Assembly (NCBI GenBank): GCA_035529695.1
Contig: DATKWD010000108.1
Span: 27,508-91,507, forward strand
DNA from: Acidimicrobiales bacterium
Lineage (GTDB): Bacteria > Actinomycetota > Acidimicrobiia > Acidimicrobiales > Salinilacustritrichaceae
DNA length: 64,000 bases
Reading direction: 5' to 3'
Of this stretch, positions 18,718-28,695 are shown in pieces. Positions within the stretch are counted from its first letter, which is position 1; every line of letters starts with the position of its first letter. A program made the position numbers and the translations under genes. The notes beneath the pieces are model-generated. The model made no database searches, was not told the origin of the DNA, and saw nothing but the letters and a program-made list of their open reading frames with translations.

Positions 18718-20817
18718 TCAGGTCTCGGCTGCTGCGAGGAACTCCGGCAACGGTCGCTCGTGCACGATGGCCAGACGCTTGGTCGCCCGGGTGAGCGCGA
18801 CGTACAACGCCCGGGCGCCCTGCATCTCTCCCTCGAGGATGGCCGCCGGCTCGACCACGACCGAGGCATCGAGCTCGAGTCCCTTGACGAGACCGACCGG
18901 GACGAGCGTCACGTCGGCCGCCAGGCCGCGACGGCTCGCATGCCCGATCTCGATGCCGCGCAGCGCGAAGCCCTGCTCGACGTCGGCGACCATCGAACCC
19001 GCAACGATCACCGCGACCGATCCGACCCCGACCGCCTCGTGCTCGCGGAGGGCAGTGTCGATGACCGTCTCGATGAGGTTCTCCGTCGAGATGACCTGCG
19101 GTGGATCGCCTTGTTGGCGAACCGGGCGGGGAGGCTCGAGCCCCGGCGCCGCGACGCGGAGTACGCGAGCTGCCAGCTCCATGTTGGGCGCCGGGATCCG
19201 GTACCCGATGCTGAGCTCGGCGCGCTTCGGCTCGCGACGTGACGGCAGGTGCTCGAGGATCTCGTGCCAGTCCTGATGTGCCCATGCGCCGGTCGACTGG
19301 GCGATGTCGCCGACCACGGTCATCGATCCGTTCAGCGAACGGCGGTTCAGCATCCTCAGCTGCATCGGCGACAGATCCTGGGCCTCGTCGACCACGATGT
19401 GGCCGTAGGTCCGCACGGCATCGGCGCCGTGCATCCGGCGGCGACGAGGTGTCGGCCCGAGGACCGCCCTCGCCTCGTCGAGCAGGGGGGCGTCGTCGGA
19501 GGTGAAGACCGGCTGGTCGGGATGCGAGACCCGGGGCCGGAACAGTGCCGCCTGCTCGTCGGGGTCGATCCGCCGGCCGGCCGCCGAGGCGAGCAGGGCA
19601 GGCGACCCGAACAGGTCGTTGAGCAGCTGCGCGGGGGTGAGCACCGGCCACATCCACTCGAGCGCCTCGATGATCTCGGGAAGCCTGCGAGTCCTGGCCC
19701 GCACTTCACTCGCAGGGAGGTCGTCCCGACCGCTGGCGGCCAGCTCGGCGAAGAAGGCGTCCTCGACGTGGCGGCGCCCGGCGTTGTGGCCCCGAGACCG
19801 ACGACGAGCCTCGGCCACCACCCGCTCGCTCGCCTCGACGGTGAGGGTGAGGTGTTGGAGCCCGTAGCCGATCCTGAGGTCGCTTCGAAGGGCCCGCTTC
19901 CGATCGCGAATGGCACGCGCAAGCACCTGGACCATTCGCAGATCGCCTTTGATCCGCGACGCCTCGGGCTCGTCACGACCGGTGATCGACACGTCGTCGA
20001 CGAGGTCGTCGAAGACAGCCAACTCGACCCCCGCCTCGCCGAGGCTCGGAAGGACCTGCTCGATGTAGCCGAGGAACAGCCGGTTCGGCCCGACCACCAG
20101 CACCCCCTGGCCTTCGAGCGGGAACCGGTGGGTGTACAGCAGGTACGCCGCGCGGTGGAGCGCGACCACGGTCTTGCCCGTGCCCGGGCCGCCCTGCACC
20201 ACCATCACGCCCGGGAGAGGGGCGCGAATGATCTCGTCCTGCTCGCCCTGGATGGTGGCCACGATGTCGCCGAGCTGCCCGGTGCGGGCCGTCTCGAGCG
20301 AGCGGATCAGGGTGCCCTGGCCGGTCACGGTGGTCCCGGCGTCGACCACGCCGTACTGACCGCCGACCTCGGATCCTTCACCGAACAGCTCGTCTTCGAT
20401 GTCGATCAGGTTGCGGCCGCGGCTCGCGAAGTGGCGACGACGGACCAGTCCCATGTGCTGACGGCCCGTGGCCCGGTAGAACGGCTCGGCCACCGGCGCC
20501 CGCCAGTCGACCACGACCGGTTCCATGGCATCGTCGGCGACGGCGAGTCGACCGATGTAGAAGCTGTCTCCGCCCTCGTCCTGGCGGAGGTCGATGCGCC
20601 CGAACACCAGGGTGTGGTCGCCGAGGTGCAGATCGCTGAGGCGGCTGGCGATGTTGCCCTCGATCATGTCGCGCTCCCAGCGCGCCTGCTCGGTCCCGCC
20701 CTTCCCGACCTCGACCATGCTGCGGAGCCGCTTCGCCGAGTCGCGGGACGACTCGAGGCAGCGATACGCATGGTCGACATAGGCCTGCTCGGCCGCCAGA
20801 TCGGGATGTGGTGCCAT
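18718..20817 (-). CDS. helD: HelD-like UvrD/Rep-family (SF1) helicase, RNA-polymerase-associated type
   Basis: An N-terminal coiled region (EQAYVDHAYRCLE), Walker A GGPGTGKT, VVDEAQD, and C-terminal YVALTRATKRL. Confidence 0.8.
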   Translation of the reverse strand: MAPHPDLAAEQAYVDHAYRCLESSRDSAKRLRSMVEVGKGGTEQARWERDMIEGNIASRLSDLHLGDHTLVFGRIDLRQDEGGDSFYIGRLAVADDAMEPVVVDWRAPVAEPFYRATGRQHMGLVRRRHFASRGRNLIDIEDELFGEGSEVGGQYGVVDAGTTVTGQGTLIRSLETARTGQLGDIVATIQGEQDEIIRAPLPGVMVVQGGPGTGKTVVALHRAAYLLYTHRFPLEGQGVLVVGPNRLFLGYIEQVLPSLGEAGVELAVFDDLVDDVSITGRDEPEASRIKGDLRMVQVLARAIRDRKRALRSDLRIGYGLQHLTLTVEASERVVAEARRRSRGHNAGRRHVEDAFFAELAASGRDDLPASEVRARTRRLPEIIEALEWMWPVLTPAQLLNDLFGSPALLASAAGRRIDPDEQAALFRPRVSHPDQPVFTSDDAPLLDEARAVLGPTPRRRRMHGADAVRTYGHIVVDEAQDLSPMQLRMLNRRSLNGSMTVVGDIAQSTGAWAHQDWHEILEHLPSRREPKRAELSIGYRIPAPNMELAARVLRVAAPGLEPPRPVRQQGDPPQVISTENLIETVIDTALREHEAVGVGSVAVIVAGSMVADVEQGFALRGIEIGHASRRGLAADVTLVPVGLVKGLELDASVVVEPAAILEGEMQGARALYVALTRATKRLAIVHERPLPEFLAAAET

Positions 20818-20967
20818 CGTGTCCGTTCGATTGCCAGGTCCGGCAACAGGGAACCGACCACACTACCGGCCCGAACCCCGGGCATCTGCGGGGCAGAACC
20901 GACGCTCACGTGTCCACAACGCACCACAGATGCCCCGGGGCGCCCTCTGGAGGGGTGCCATGATGAG

Positions 20968-21909
20968 GTGGTGACGACGTTCGGGCTGGTGCTGGGGGCC
21001 GGCGGCGTCGTCGGCAGCGCGTACCACGCCGCGACGCTCACGGCGCTGGCCGAGGTCGGCATCGATGCCCGCGACGCATCGTTGATCGTCGGCACGTCGG
21101 CCGGATCGGGCACCGGCGCGGTGGTCCGCGCCGGATTCCCGCCCGCCGATCTGACGAACCGTCTGCTGGGCATGCCCGTGAGCGCGGAAGCAGCGGCGAT
21201 CGTCGAACGCACCGGCGGGCCACCGACGATCCCGATGAGGCCACGGCCGTTCTCCCGCCCACCGGTGCCCTCGTCGCTCGGCATGGCCATGCGGAACTGG
21301 CGGCATCCCGGCAAGGTGATCACCGGCCTTCTTCCCCGCGGCACGGTGCCGACCGGCGTCATCTCCGAGAGCATCGATCTGCTGTACGACGACCTCCCGT
21401 GGCCCGAAGATCCGCTGTGGGTGTGTGCGGTTCGACTGGACAACGGCGAACTCCGGGTCTTCGGCCGGGACGACGTCGACGCGTCGATCGGCACCGCGGT
21501 GCGCGCTTCGTCGGCCATTCCGGGGTTCTTCGAGCCGGTCGTGCACCGGGGTACGTCCTATGTCGACGGCGGCCTTCGGTCGCCCACCAATGCGGACCTG
21601 CTGGCCGAACTGGCGCTGGCCGTGGTCATCATCGTCTCCCCGATGTCAGCGACATCGGGGGGTCAGCGAGCCGGCGGACTGAGCTCGCGGCCGATCCACA
21701 GTCGCCGTCTCAGCTCGGAGGTGGCGACACTGCGTGCGCACGGCGTCGAGGTGGTGACGGTTCAGCCCACCGCCGACGACGTCGCCGTGATGGGACGCAA
21801 CGCCATGGACGCAAGCCGGCGCGAACCGGTGGCCAACCAGGCGTTGGCGACGGCCAGAGCACGATTCGACGACCCCCGGATCGCCGAGATCCTCGACGAA
21901 CTTCGCTGA
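20968..21909 (+). CDS. Patatin-like phospholipase
   Basis: Oxyanion GAGGVVG, nucleophile elbow GTSAG, and catalytic Asp in YVDGGL. A GTG start at 20968 is inferred. Upstream of that the ORF is antisense to helD. Confidence 0.8.
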   Translation: MVTTFGLVLGAGGVVGSAYHAATLTALAEVGIDARDASLIVGTSAGSGTGAVVRAGFPPADLTNRLLGMPVSAEAAAIVERTGGPPTIPMRPRPFSRPPVPSSLGMAMRNWRHPGKVITGLLPRGTVPTGVISESIDLLYDDLPWPEDPLWVCAVRLDNGELRVFGRDDVDASIGTAVRASSAIPGFFEPVVHRGTSYVDGGLRSPTNADLLAELALAVVIIVSPMSATSGGQRAGGLSSRPIHSRRLSSEVATLRAHGVEVVTVQPTADDVAVMGRNAMDASRREPVANQALATARARFDDPRIAEILDELR

Positions 21910-22044
21910 GGAAGCACCCGCTGGGGCCTGCTCGGTCGGGGTGCTCGCCGACCTCTTCGACCTTCAGGACCACCCGGGGCGCGGCGTCCTCGACCGAGCG
22001 GCGCATTCCCTCCCGGCCCTGCGAGCCGGGTACCGTCGGCCGAC

Positions 22045-23085
22045 GTGGCCCCACCTGTCGACGCACCGTTTCTCGCTGCATGCCGAAACGAGCCAACCGA
22101 CCGTGTGCCCGTCTGGTTCATGCGCCAGGCCGGGCGGTCATTGCCCGAGTACCACCGAGTCAGGGGCGAGGGATCGATCCTCGACGCCATCGCCGACCCC
22201 GAACGCTCGATCGAGATCACGCTCCAGCCGGTGCGGCGCTACGGCGTCGATGCCGCCATCCTCTACAGCGACATCGTCGTACCGGTGGCAGCCATCGGGT
22301 TCGGCGTCGACGTGACCCCGGGCGTCGGTCCGACCGTCGAGCAGCCCTTCAGCGAGCGCGCCGATCTCGACCGTCTCCGCCGACTCGATCCCGACACCGA
22401 CACGCCCTACGTGCTCGAGACCATCCGCGGTCTGGTCGAGGAGTTGGGCGACACCCCGCTCATCGGCTTCGCCGGGGCTCCGTTCACCGTCGCCAGCTAT
22501 CTGATCGAAGGTGCGCCGAGCCGCACGTACGGCAAGACCAAGGCGATGCTGCACGGAGAGCCGGCGCTCTTCGCCGCGCTCCTCGACCGCCTCGCCGACC
22601 TTGCCATCGATTCGTTGGTCAGCCAGATCGAGGCGGGGGTGAGCGCCGTCCAGCTCTTCGACAGCTGGGCGGGTGCACTGTCGCCCGACGTGTACGAGGC
22701 CGCAGTGCTTCCGTCAACCCAGAAGGTGTTCGAGGCCGTCGCTTCCTACGGCGTGCCCCGCATCCACTTCGGTGTCGGCACCGGAGAACTGCTCTCGTTG
22801 ATGAGCGATACCGGCGCCGATGTCATCGGAGTCGACTGGCATGTGCCGATCGATGTCGCGCGCGAGCGTGTCCGGGGCAAGCCGGTCCAGGGCAACCTGG
22901 ACCCTGCGGTCTGTCTGGCTCGTTGGGAGGTCGTGGCCGAGCGCACACGCGACGTGTTGGCCCGGATCGGCGGCGAGCCCGGCCACGTCTTCAACCTCGG
23001 TCACGGCGTCACGCCCGACATCGACCCGTCGATTCTCGAGAAGATCGTCGAACTCGTGCACACCGAGGGCCGCGCCGGACGCTGA
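22045..23085 (+). CDS. hemE: Uroporphyrinogen decarboxylase
   Basis: PVWFMRQAGRSLPEY, the ILYSDIVVP region and NLGHGV at the C-terminus. GTG start at 22045. Confidence 0.9.
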   Translation: MAPPVDAPFLAACRNEPTDRVPVWFMRQAGRSLPEYHRVRGEGSILDAIADPERSIEITLQPVRRYGVDAAILYSDIVVPVAAIGFGVDVTPGVGPTVEQPFSERADLDRLRRLDPDTDTPYVLETIRGLVEELGDTPLIGFAGAPFTVASYLIEGAPSRTYGKTKAMLHGEPALFAALLDRLADLAIDSLVSQIEAGVSAVQLFDSWAGALSPDVYEAAVLPSTQKVFEAVASYGVPRIHFGVGTGELLSLMSDTGADVIGVDWHVPIDVARERVRGKPVQGNLDPAVCLARWEVVAERTRDVLARIGGEPGHVFNLGHGVTPDIDPSILEKIVELVHTEGRAGR

Positions 23086-23087
23086 CG

Positions 23088-24449
23088 ATGGCTCGACTCG
23101 CCGTGATCGGAGCCGGCATCGCCGGCCTTGCCGCCGCCTACGAAGGCCAGCGGCAGCAGCTCGACACCGTCGTGTTCGAGGCAAGTGACCGGGTCGGCGG
23201 GAAGATCCACGCGTCCACCTTCGCCGGGCAGCTCGTCGACGAGGCAGCCGATGCGTTCCTGGCCCGAGTTCCCTGGGCGGTCGAGCTCTGCGACGAGCTC
23301 GGACTGACCCCTCGCCTGACCGAGCCGGCGGCCCGGTCAGCGTTCGTCTGGAGTCGCGGTGAGCTGCGACGGCTGCCCGCGTCGCAGCTCCTCGGGGTCC
23401 CCACCGACCTCGACGAGCTCGCCGCCACCGGCATCGTGTCGGACGAGGGCGTCGAGCGAGCACGCGAGGACCTCGATCGGGGCGATCCTGCCCCGGAGGG
23501 CGATCCGAGCATCGGTGCGTTCGTCCGTGACCGACTCGGCGACGAGGTCGTCGATCGACTCGTCGGACCGCTCGTCGGCGGAATCAATGCCGGTGACGTC
23601 GACCGGCTCTCGCTCAGGGGATCCGCTGCGCAGATCGCCGGAGCCGCGGATCGTGGCGGAAGCCTCATCGCAGCAGCCAGGGCCATTCGAGCCGGTGCGA
23701 CCGCCCAGCCGACCGCCCCGGTCTTCCATGCGCCCCTGGGCGGCATGACCGAACTCGTCGATGCACTCCGTCGCAGCTGCGGATCAACGGTGGCGATCCG
23801 CACCGGCACGCCGGTCAGCCGACTGCGCCCGACCGCAGCGGGCTGGCTCGTGGGTGACGAACCCGAAGCCTTCGACCACGTGGTGGTCGCCGTCCCGGCC
23901 CGCGTCGCAGCCGAACTCGTGGCCCGGGCAGCCGAGGCCGCATCGATCCTCTCGCACATCGACTACGCGTCGGTCGCCATGGTGAGCCTGGCGTTCGAAC
24001 CGAGCTCACTCGGGCACGAACTCGACGGCAGCGGGTTCCTCGTGCCGGCGATCGAGGGTCGCTTCGTCACCGCGTGCTCGTTCGCCTCGTCGAAATGGGC
24101 GCATCTCGGATCGAGCGACACCGCCATCCTGCGCGTGTCTGCGGGACGCGACGGCGACACCGAACTGGCGACGGACCTCGACGACGCCACGCTGTCGAGG
24201 AAGGTCCTGTCCGATCTCGACGACTTCCTCGGGATCGATGCACCGCCGATCGCGACGCGGGTCAGCCGCTGGCCCGAGTCGCTCCCGCAGTACCGCCCCG
24301 GCCACCTCGACCGGATCGACGACCTCGATGCATCGGTCGGCGCGGACCTGCCGGGCGTGTGCGTGGTCGGCGCCGCGCTGCGCGGTCTCGGCATTCCAGC
24401 CTGCATCCAGCAGGGTCGCGAGGCCGTCCGCCGAATGGTCGCTCGCTGA
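23088..24449 (+). CDS. hemY: Protoporphyrinogen/coproporphyrinogen III oxidase (HemY/CgoX type flavoprotein)
   Basis: FAD motif VIGAGIAGLAAA, amine-oxidase fold, and a start 3 nt after hemE. ATG 23088. Confidence 0.85.
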   Translation: MARLAVIGAGIAGLAAAYEGQRQQLDTVVFEASDRVGGKIHASTFAGQLVDEAADAFLARVPWAVELCDELGLTPRLTEPAARSAFVWSRGELRRLPASQLLGVPTDLDELAATGIVSDEGVERAREDLDRGDPAPEGDPSIGAFVRDRLGDEVVDRLVGPLVGGINAGDVDRLSLRGSAAQIAGAADRGGSLIAAARAIRAGATAQPTAPVFHAPLGGMTELVDALRRSCGSTVAIRTGTPVSRLRPTAAGWLVGDEPEAFDHVVVAVPARVAAELVARAAEAASILSHIDYASVAMVSLAFEPSSLGHELDGSGFLVPAIEGRFVTACSFASSKWAHLGSSDTAILRVSAGRDGDTELATDLDDATLSRKVLSDLDDFLGIDAPPIATRVSRWPESLPQYRPGHLDRIDDLDASVGADLPGVCVVGAALRGLGIPACIQQGREAVRRMVAR

Positions 24450-24502
24450 GGTCGCGCGTGGACATTCCGTCGGCGATCGCATACAACCGCCATGTGGAAT
24501 CG

Positions 24503-25150
24503 ATGCGGTCACGCCGAACGCCGGTCGTGCTCGCCCTCGTCGCCGTTCTGCTCGCGGGCGTCGTGGTGTTCCAGGCTGCGGCCAGCGCCGACGTCGAGGT
24601 GCGACTCGGTGACGCAGCCGCGCAGGCGCTCGACGAGGCACCCGATGTGCGGGCCACCGAGCCCGACCGCGAAGTCGCCCGAATCGCCATCGGCTCGAAC
24701 GGCGCGAGGAACCTCCCGGTGCCCGAGGCGGCCCCGGCCGATCCCTACGCTCCGACCCCCGAGGTCCGCCACGGCACCCTCGAGATCCCGGCCATCGGGC
24801 TGTCGCAGCCGCTCTTCGAGGGCGTGACGCTCACGGCCATCAACCGCGGACCCAGCCACTGGCCGGGGACGGCGATGCCCGGCGAGTTGGGAAACGTGGT
24901 CGTTGCCGGACACCGCACGACGTTCACCCGACCCTTCTGGGACCTTCAGCTGCTCGAGCCCGGCGACGAGCTGGTGTTCACGACCGACGCGGGCCGTTTC
25001 GTGTATGTGCTCGATTCGATCGAGATCGTGAACCCCGAAGACATCCACATCGTGACGCAGCGCTACGCACACACGGCGACGTTGTTCGCCTGCCACCCGC
25101 GGGGCTCGGCACGTGAGCGCATCGTCGGACACTTCACGCTGGCCGACTGA
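24503..25150 (+). CDS. Sortase (class E-like transpeptidase)
   Basis: An N-terminal signal/anchor helix, catalytic His in VVAGHRTT, Cys in TLFACHP, and a downstream Arg (SARERIVGHF). Confidence 0.8.
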   Translation: MRSRRTPVVLALVAVLLAGVVVFQAAASADVEVRLGDAAAQALDEAPDVRATEPDREVARIAIGSNGARNLPVPEAAPADPYAPTPEVRHGTLEIPAIGLSQPLFEGVTLTAINRGPSHWPGTAMPGELGNVVVAGHRTTFTRPFWDLQLLEPGDELVFTTDAGRFVYVLDSIEIVNPEDIHIVTQRYAHTATLFACHPRGSARERIVGHFTLAD

Positions 25151-25156
25151 ACCACG

Positions 25157-26650
25157 ATGCCCGTCACCGACCCGACGCTCCCAGAGCGCGCGCGTGTGCA
25201 CGCGTTCGCGATCGGGTCGGGACTGCTGCTGGCCTTCGCGTTGCCGCCGTGGGGCTGGTGGCCCCTGCTGTTCGTCGGACTCGTCGGACTCGAGCGGCTC
25301 ATCGCCGATCAACCGGGATGGGTCCGATTCGCTCGTGGTTTCACGGTCGGGTTGGGCTGGTTCTTCCCGTCGATCGTGTGGATGCGGGCGCTCACGTTGC
25401 CCGGTTACGTGATCGCCTCGGTGGGCTACAGCCTGATGCTCGGCGTCGCCGTGGCGCTCACGCCGCCGGACCGTCGGCGTCTCGTCGCGCTGCCCGGCGC
25501 GCTCGTCGTGATGGAACTGGTCCGCTGGCAATGGCCGTTCGGTGGCGTCCCACTGTCGAACTTCGCGGTGTCGCAGGTCAGCGGACCACTCAGCCCGGCA
25601 CTGCGGATCGGCGGCTCGATCCTGGTCGTCTTCCTCGCCACCAGCGCCGCCATGGCAATCGCCGGAGCACTCCGTCGAGACCGCCTCGCGCTGGTTCCTG
25701 CAGCCACGGTCGTCGTCGCGGTGCTCCTCGGTCTGGTCGCACCTCGCGGATCGGCCTTCGACACGATCGATGTGGCGCTCGTCCAGGGCGGCGGGCCACA
25801 GGGAACCCGCGCCGACGAGACCGATCCGCGTGACGTCATCGAACGTCATCTGGCCGCGTCGGAGCTGGTCGATGGCCCCGTCGACCTGGTGTTGTGGCCC
25901 GAGGACGTGGTCGACGTCGATCGCCTCGCCGGATCACGCGAGAACCGCGAGCTGTCAGAGCTCGCACAGTCGCTCGACACGACCCTCGTTGCGGGAATCA
26001 TCGAGGACGAAGGCTCGGACAAGTTTCGGAACGCCGCCGTCGTCTACTCGCCCGACGGAGAGATCATCGACCGGTTCGAGAAGGTCGAGCGGGTGCCCTT
26101 CGGTGAATGGGTGCCGCTTCGACCGATTCTCGAACCGTTCGCCGGTGACGCACTCCCGGCGCGCGATGCGATCGAGGGCGAGGGTCCCGCGATCATCGAG
26201 ACCGGGGTCGGCACGTTCGGCGTCGCGATCAGTTGGGAGATCTTCTTCGGCGCACGGGTCCGCGATGCGATCGGCAACGGCGGCGAGATCCTCCTGAACC
26301 CGACGAACGGATCGTCGTTCGAGGGCACGATCGTGCAGACACAGCAGATCGCGTCGTCACGGGTGCGGGCGATCGAAACGGGCCGTTGGGTGCTGCAGGC
26401 CGCTCCGACGGGTTTCACCGCAGTCATCAGTCCCGACGGCGACGTCATGCAACGCACCGCAGTGTCGGAGCAGGCAGTGCTCCGAGCGACGGTCGAGCGT
26501 CGCTCGGGCCTGACGTGGGCCAATCGGCTCGGCGTCTGGCCTGCCACCCTGCTCGCGCTGGTCGCGCTCGGCTGGGGGTGGTGGCCCCATCGTTCGGGGC
26601 TCATCGGCGCGATCAGATCTCGACGATCACGGTCACCGGACCGTCGTTGA
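25157..26650 (+). CDS. lnt: Apolipoprotein N-acyltransferase homologue (Cys-to-Ser at the nucleophile position)
   Basis: A polytopic N-terminus plus a CN-hydrolase domain. LVLWPED (Glu) and [15 protein letters not shown] (Lys) are conserved. [14 protein letters not shown] aligns to E. coli AAICYEIILGEQVRD. Confidence 0.8.
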   Translation: MPVTDPTLPERARVHAFAIGSGLLLAFALPPWGWWPLLFVGLVGLERLIADQPGWVRFARGFTVGLGWFFPSIVWMRALTLPGYVIASVGYSLMLGVAVALTPPDRRRLVALPGALVVMELVRWQWPFGGVPLSNFAVSQVSGPLSPALRIGGSILVVFLATSAAMAIAGALRRDRLALVPAATVVVAVLLGLVAPRGSAFDTIDVALVQGGGPQGTRADETDPRDVIERHLAASELVDGPVDLVLWPEDVVDVDRLAGSRENRELSELAQSLDTTLVAGIIEDEGSDKFRNAAVVYSPDGEIIDRFEKVERVPFGEWVPLRPILEPFAGDALPARDAIEGEGPAIIETGVGTFGVAISWEIFFGARVRDAIGNGGEILLNPTNGSSFEGTIVQTQQIASSRVRAIETGRWVLQAAPTGFTAVISPDGDVMQRTAVSEQAVLRATVERRSGLTWANRLGVWPATLLALVALGWGWWPHRSGLIGAIRSRRSRSPDRR

Positions 26651-27050
26651 CCAGTTCGACCTGCATGTCGGCGCCGAAGCTTCCGGTGGCCACCGTCGAG
26701 CCCAAGATCCGCAGGTGATCGGCGAAGGCGTCGATCAGCGGTTCGGCGACCTCGGGGCGAGCGGCCGCCAACCACGACGGCCGGCGTCCCTTTCGGGTGT
26801 CCGCGTACAGGGTGAACTGGCTCACGACCAGCACTTCGCCGGTCGAGGAGGCGACCGAGGTGTTCATGGCGCCGTCGGCATCGTCCATGATGCGCAGGTG
26901 CCAGATCTTCTCCGCCAGCCTGCGCGCCGTCGCCACGTCGTCATCGTGGGTGGCCGCCACGAGCACGCACAGCCCAGCACCGATCGAGCCGGTGACCGAT
27001 CCATCCACCCGCACCTCGGCGCGACCCACCCGCTGCACCACTGCCCGCAT
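26613..27050 (-). CDS. dtd: D-aminoacyl-tRNA deacylase
   Basis: MRAVVQRV...[17 protein letters not shown]...[15 protein letters not shown] are hallmark Dtd motifs. The 3' end overlaps the lnt 3' end convergently. Confidence 0.9.
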   Translation of the reverse strand: MRAVVQRVGRAEVRVDGSVTGSIGAGLCVLVAATHDDDVATARRLAEKIWHLRIMDDADGAMNTSVASSTGEVLVVSQFTLYADTRKGRRPSWLAAARPEVAEPLIDAFADHLRILGSTVATGSFGADMQVELVNDGPVTVIVEI

Positions 27051-27076
27051 GGGCGACAACCTAGGAGGTGCGCGAC

Positions 27077-27865
27077 GTGACCGGCGCCCGCCTGCGACTC
27101 GTCACCGACGATGCGGTTCTCGAGGTCGACGCTGCGGCCGGCGGGCGGATGTCGTCCTTGTCGATCGGGGGGACCGAGTTGTTGGTCGCGGCGACGGCCG
27201 ACCCGATCGGATGGGGCTGCTTTCCGATGGCGCCGTGGGCGGGACGGGTCGGCGGCGCTCGACTGGACTGGCGGGGCACCACCTTCGAACTCGAGCCGAC
27301 GCTCCCACCTCACGCGATTCATGGCACGGTGCACCGACGTCCGTGGGACATCCTCGACGGTGCCACCCTCCGCACCGATCTGGGCCCCGAGTGGCCCTTC
27401 GGCGGCGAGGCCGTCCAGCGCTTCACGTTGGCGCCCGGCTCGCTTGTCGCCAACCTCGAGATCCATGCCGACGATGAGCCCTTCCCGGCCACCCTGGGCT
27501 GGCACCCCTGGTTCCGGCGCGAGATCGACGGCAACACCGCCGAGCTCTCCTTCAGCGCTGACGCCATGTATGAGCGTGGACCCGACCACCTGCCCACGGG
27601 CCGCTTGATCGAGCCGTCGGCTGGGCCATGGGACGACGCGTTCACCGCGCTCGCCGGACCCGAGACCATCGCCTGGTCGGACCAGCTCTGGCTCCGCATC
27701 GACACCGATCTCGACCACCTGGTCGTCTACGACGAGCCCGCTCATGCGTTGTGTGTCGAGCCGCAATCGGGACCGCCCGATGCGTTCGCGCTCGGCAAGG
27801 CGAGCGTGGTGATCCCGGGTCGACCCCTCAGCGCCGAGATGCGGTGGAGCTGGGCGACGGGCTGA
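27077..27865 (+). CDS. Aldose 1-epimerase family protein
   Basis: Mutarotase-like motifs [10 protein letters not shown] and GWHPWF. AGGAGG at 27063-27068 favours GTG 27077 over GTG 27068. Confidence 0.7.
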   Translation: MTGARLRLVTDDAVLEVDAAAGGRMSSLSIGGTELLVAATADPIGWGCFPMAPWAGRVGGARLDWRGTTFELEPTLPPHAIHGTVHRRPWDILDGATLRTDLGPEWPFGGEAVQRFTLAPGSLVANLEIHADDEPFPATLGWHPWFRREIDGNTAELSFSADAMYERGPDHLPTGRLIEPSAGPWDDAFTALAGPETIAWSDQLWLRIDTDLDHLVVYDEPAHALCVEPQSGPPDAFALGKASVVIPGRPLSAEMRWSWATG

Positions 27866-27905
27866 GCCACACGCACTGGACCGCGCTGGGTTCGGTCCGC
27901 TGCTG

Positions 27906-28520
27906 TCAGTGGGTGCGGCGAGTGAGTCTCGAGCGGTCGAGCATCGACAGCGCGACGAACAACGACGCGGCGGCGAGCACCTCGATCGCGTTCTTCACGC
28001 CCGCGAGCTGTGCGTGGAGGTCGGCCGCTTCTCCGATACGCCACTGCCAGACTTCGATCGACAGCGCGACGCCCCAACCAGCCCCCGCCAGGAGCAGCCC
28101 GATTCGCTCGGCCGCCGTCGACTCGCTTCCGGCGAAGGTCCTCCAGCCGACCGCCAGCGTGCAGAGCAGGACCGGGAGGTAGACCGCCTGCCAGTCGATT
28201 CCGCTCGCGGACTCGACGTCGTGGTGGACGGCGAGCAGTTCCGAGAACGACACGAGCATGAGCAGCGCAGGGAAGAGCAGGGCGCCCGCGTCGGAGAACC
28301 TACTGAGCGACCACGCCGGGTAGGACGACGCCAACAGCAGGCCTGCAGCCATCGAGCCCGGCACGCTGAGAGGCTGCGCCAGGAACGAGTCAGTCGACAG
28401 GGCAAGCGCCCAGACCGCGCCCGCTGCGAGTGCGAACGACGCGGCGACGACGGTCGATCCCACGGCTTCGGCGTGCGTATCGACGCCGTGGCTCGCGGGC
28501 TGATGCCTCATGCTGTCCAT
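27906..28520 (-). CDS. Hypothetical integral membrane protein
   Basis: The translation is hydrophobic with several helices. The mirror ORF on the plus strand is R/E-rich nonsense. Confidence 0.5.
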   Translation of the reverse strand: MDSMRHQPASHGVDTHAEAVGSTVVAASFALAAGAVWALALSTDSFLAQPLSVPGSMAAGLLLASSYPAWSLSRFSDAGALLFPALLMLVSFSELLAVHHDVESASGIDWQAVYLPVLLCTLAVGWRTFAGSESTAAERIGLLLAGAGWGVALSIEVWQWRIGEAADLHAQLAGVKNAIEVLAAASLFVALSMLDRSRLTRRTH

Positions 28521-28695
28521 TGAAGCGGTTCGCGTGGGGGGAAGTCACCAGATGCGGAGCCGTTTCGACATCGTCGGAGGATCTGAGCACGATCTCTGCC
28601 GAACACCCTACGCATCGTGAGGATCGCCTCGCCGGTCCACTCGGATCGTGCGCGTACTTGACCCGTCGGCCATACCCCCGTCAGGCTTGGCCGCC

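Noticed and set aside
21399-23087. N-terminal two-thirds of the 1016-aa ORF ending at 24449
   Set aside because: Only the portion from ATG 23088 (MARLAVIGAGIAGLAAA) looks like HemY. The upstream part is an R-rich frame overlapping the patatin and hemE genes. The same logic was used to trim 19249..20967, 13872..14486, 50890..52146, 61930..63141 and 37859..39289.
27909-28523. 204-aa plus-strand ORF exactly mirroring the minus-strand ORF 27906..28520
   Set aside because: The plus-strand translation is R/E/D-rich nonsense. The minus-strand translation is a coherent multi-helix membrane protein.
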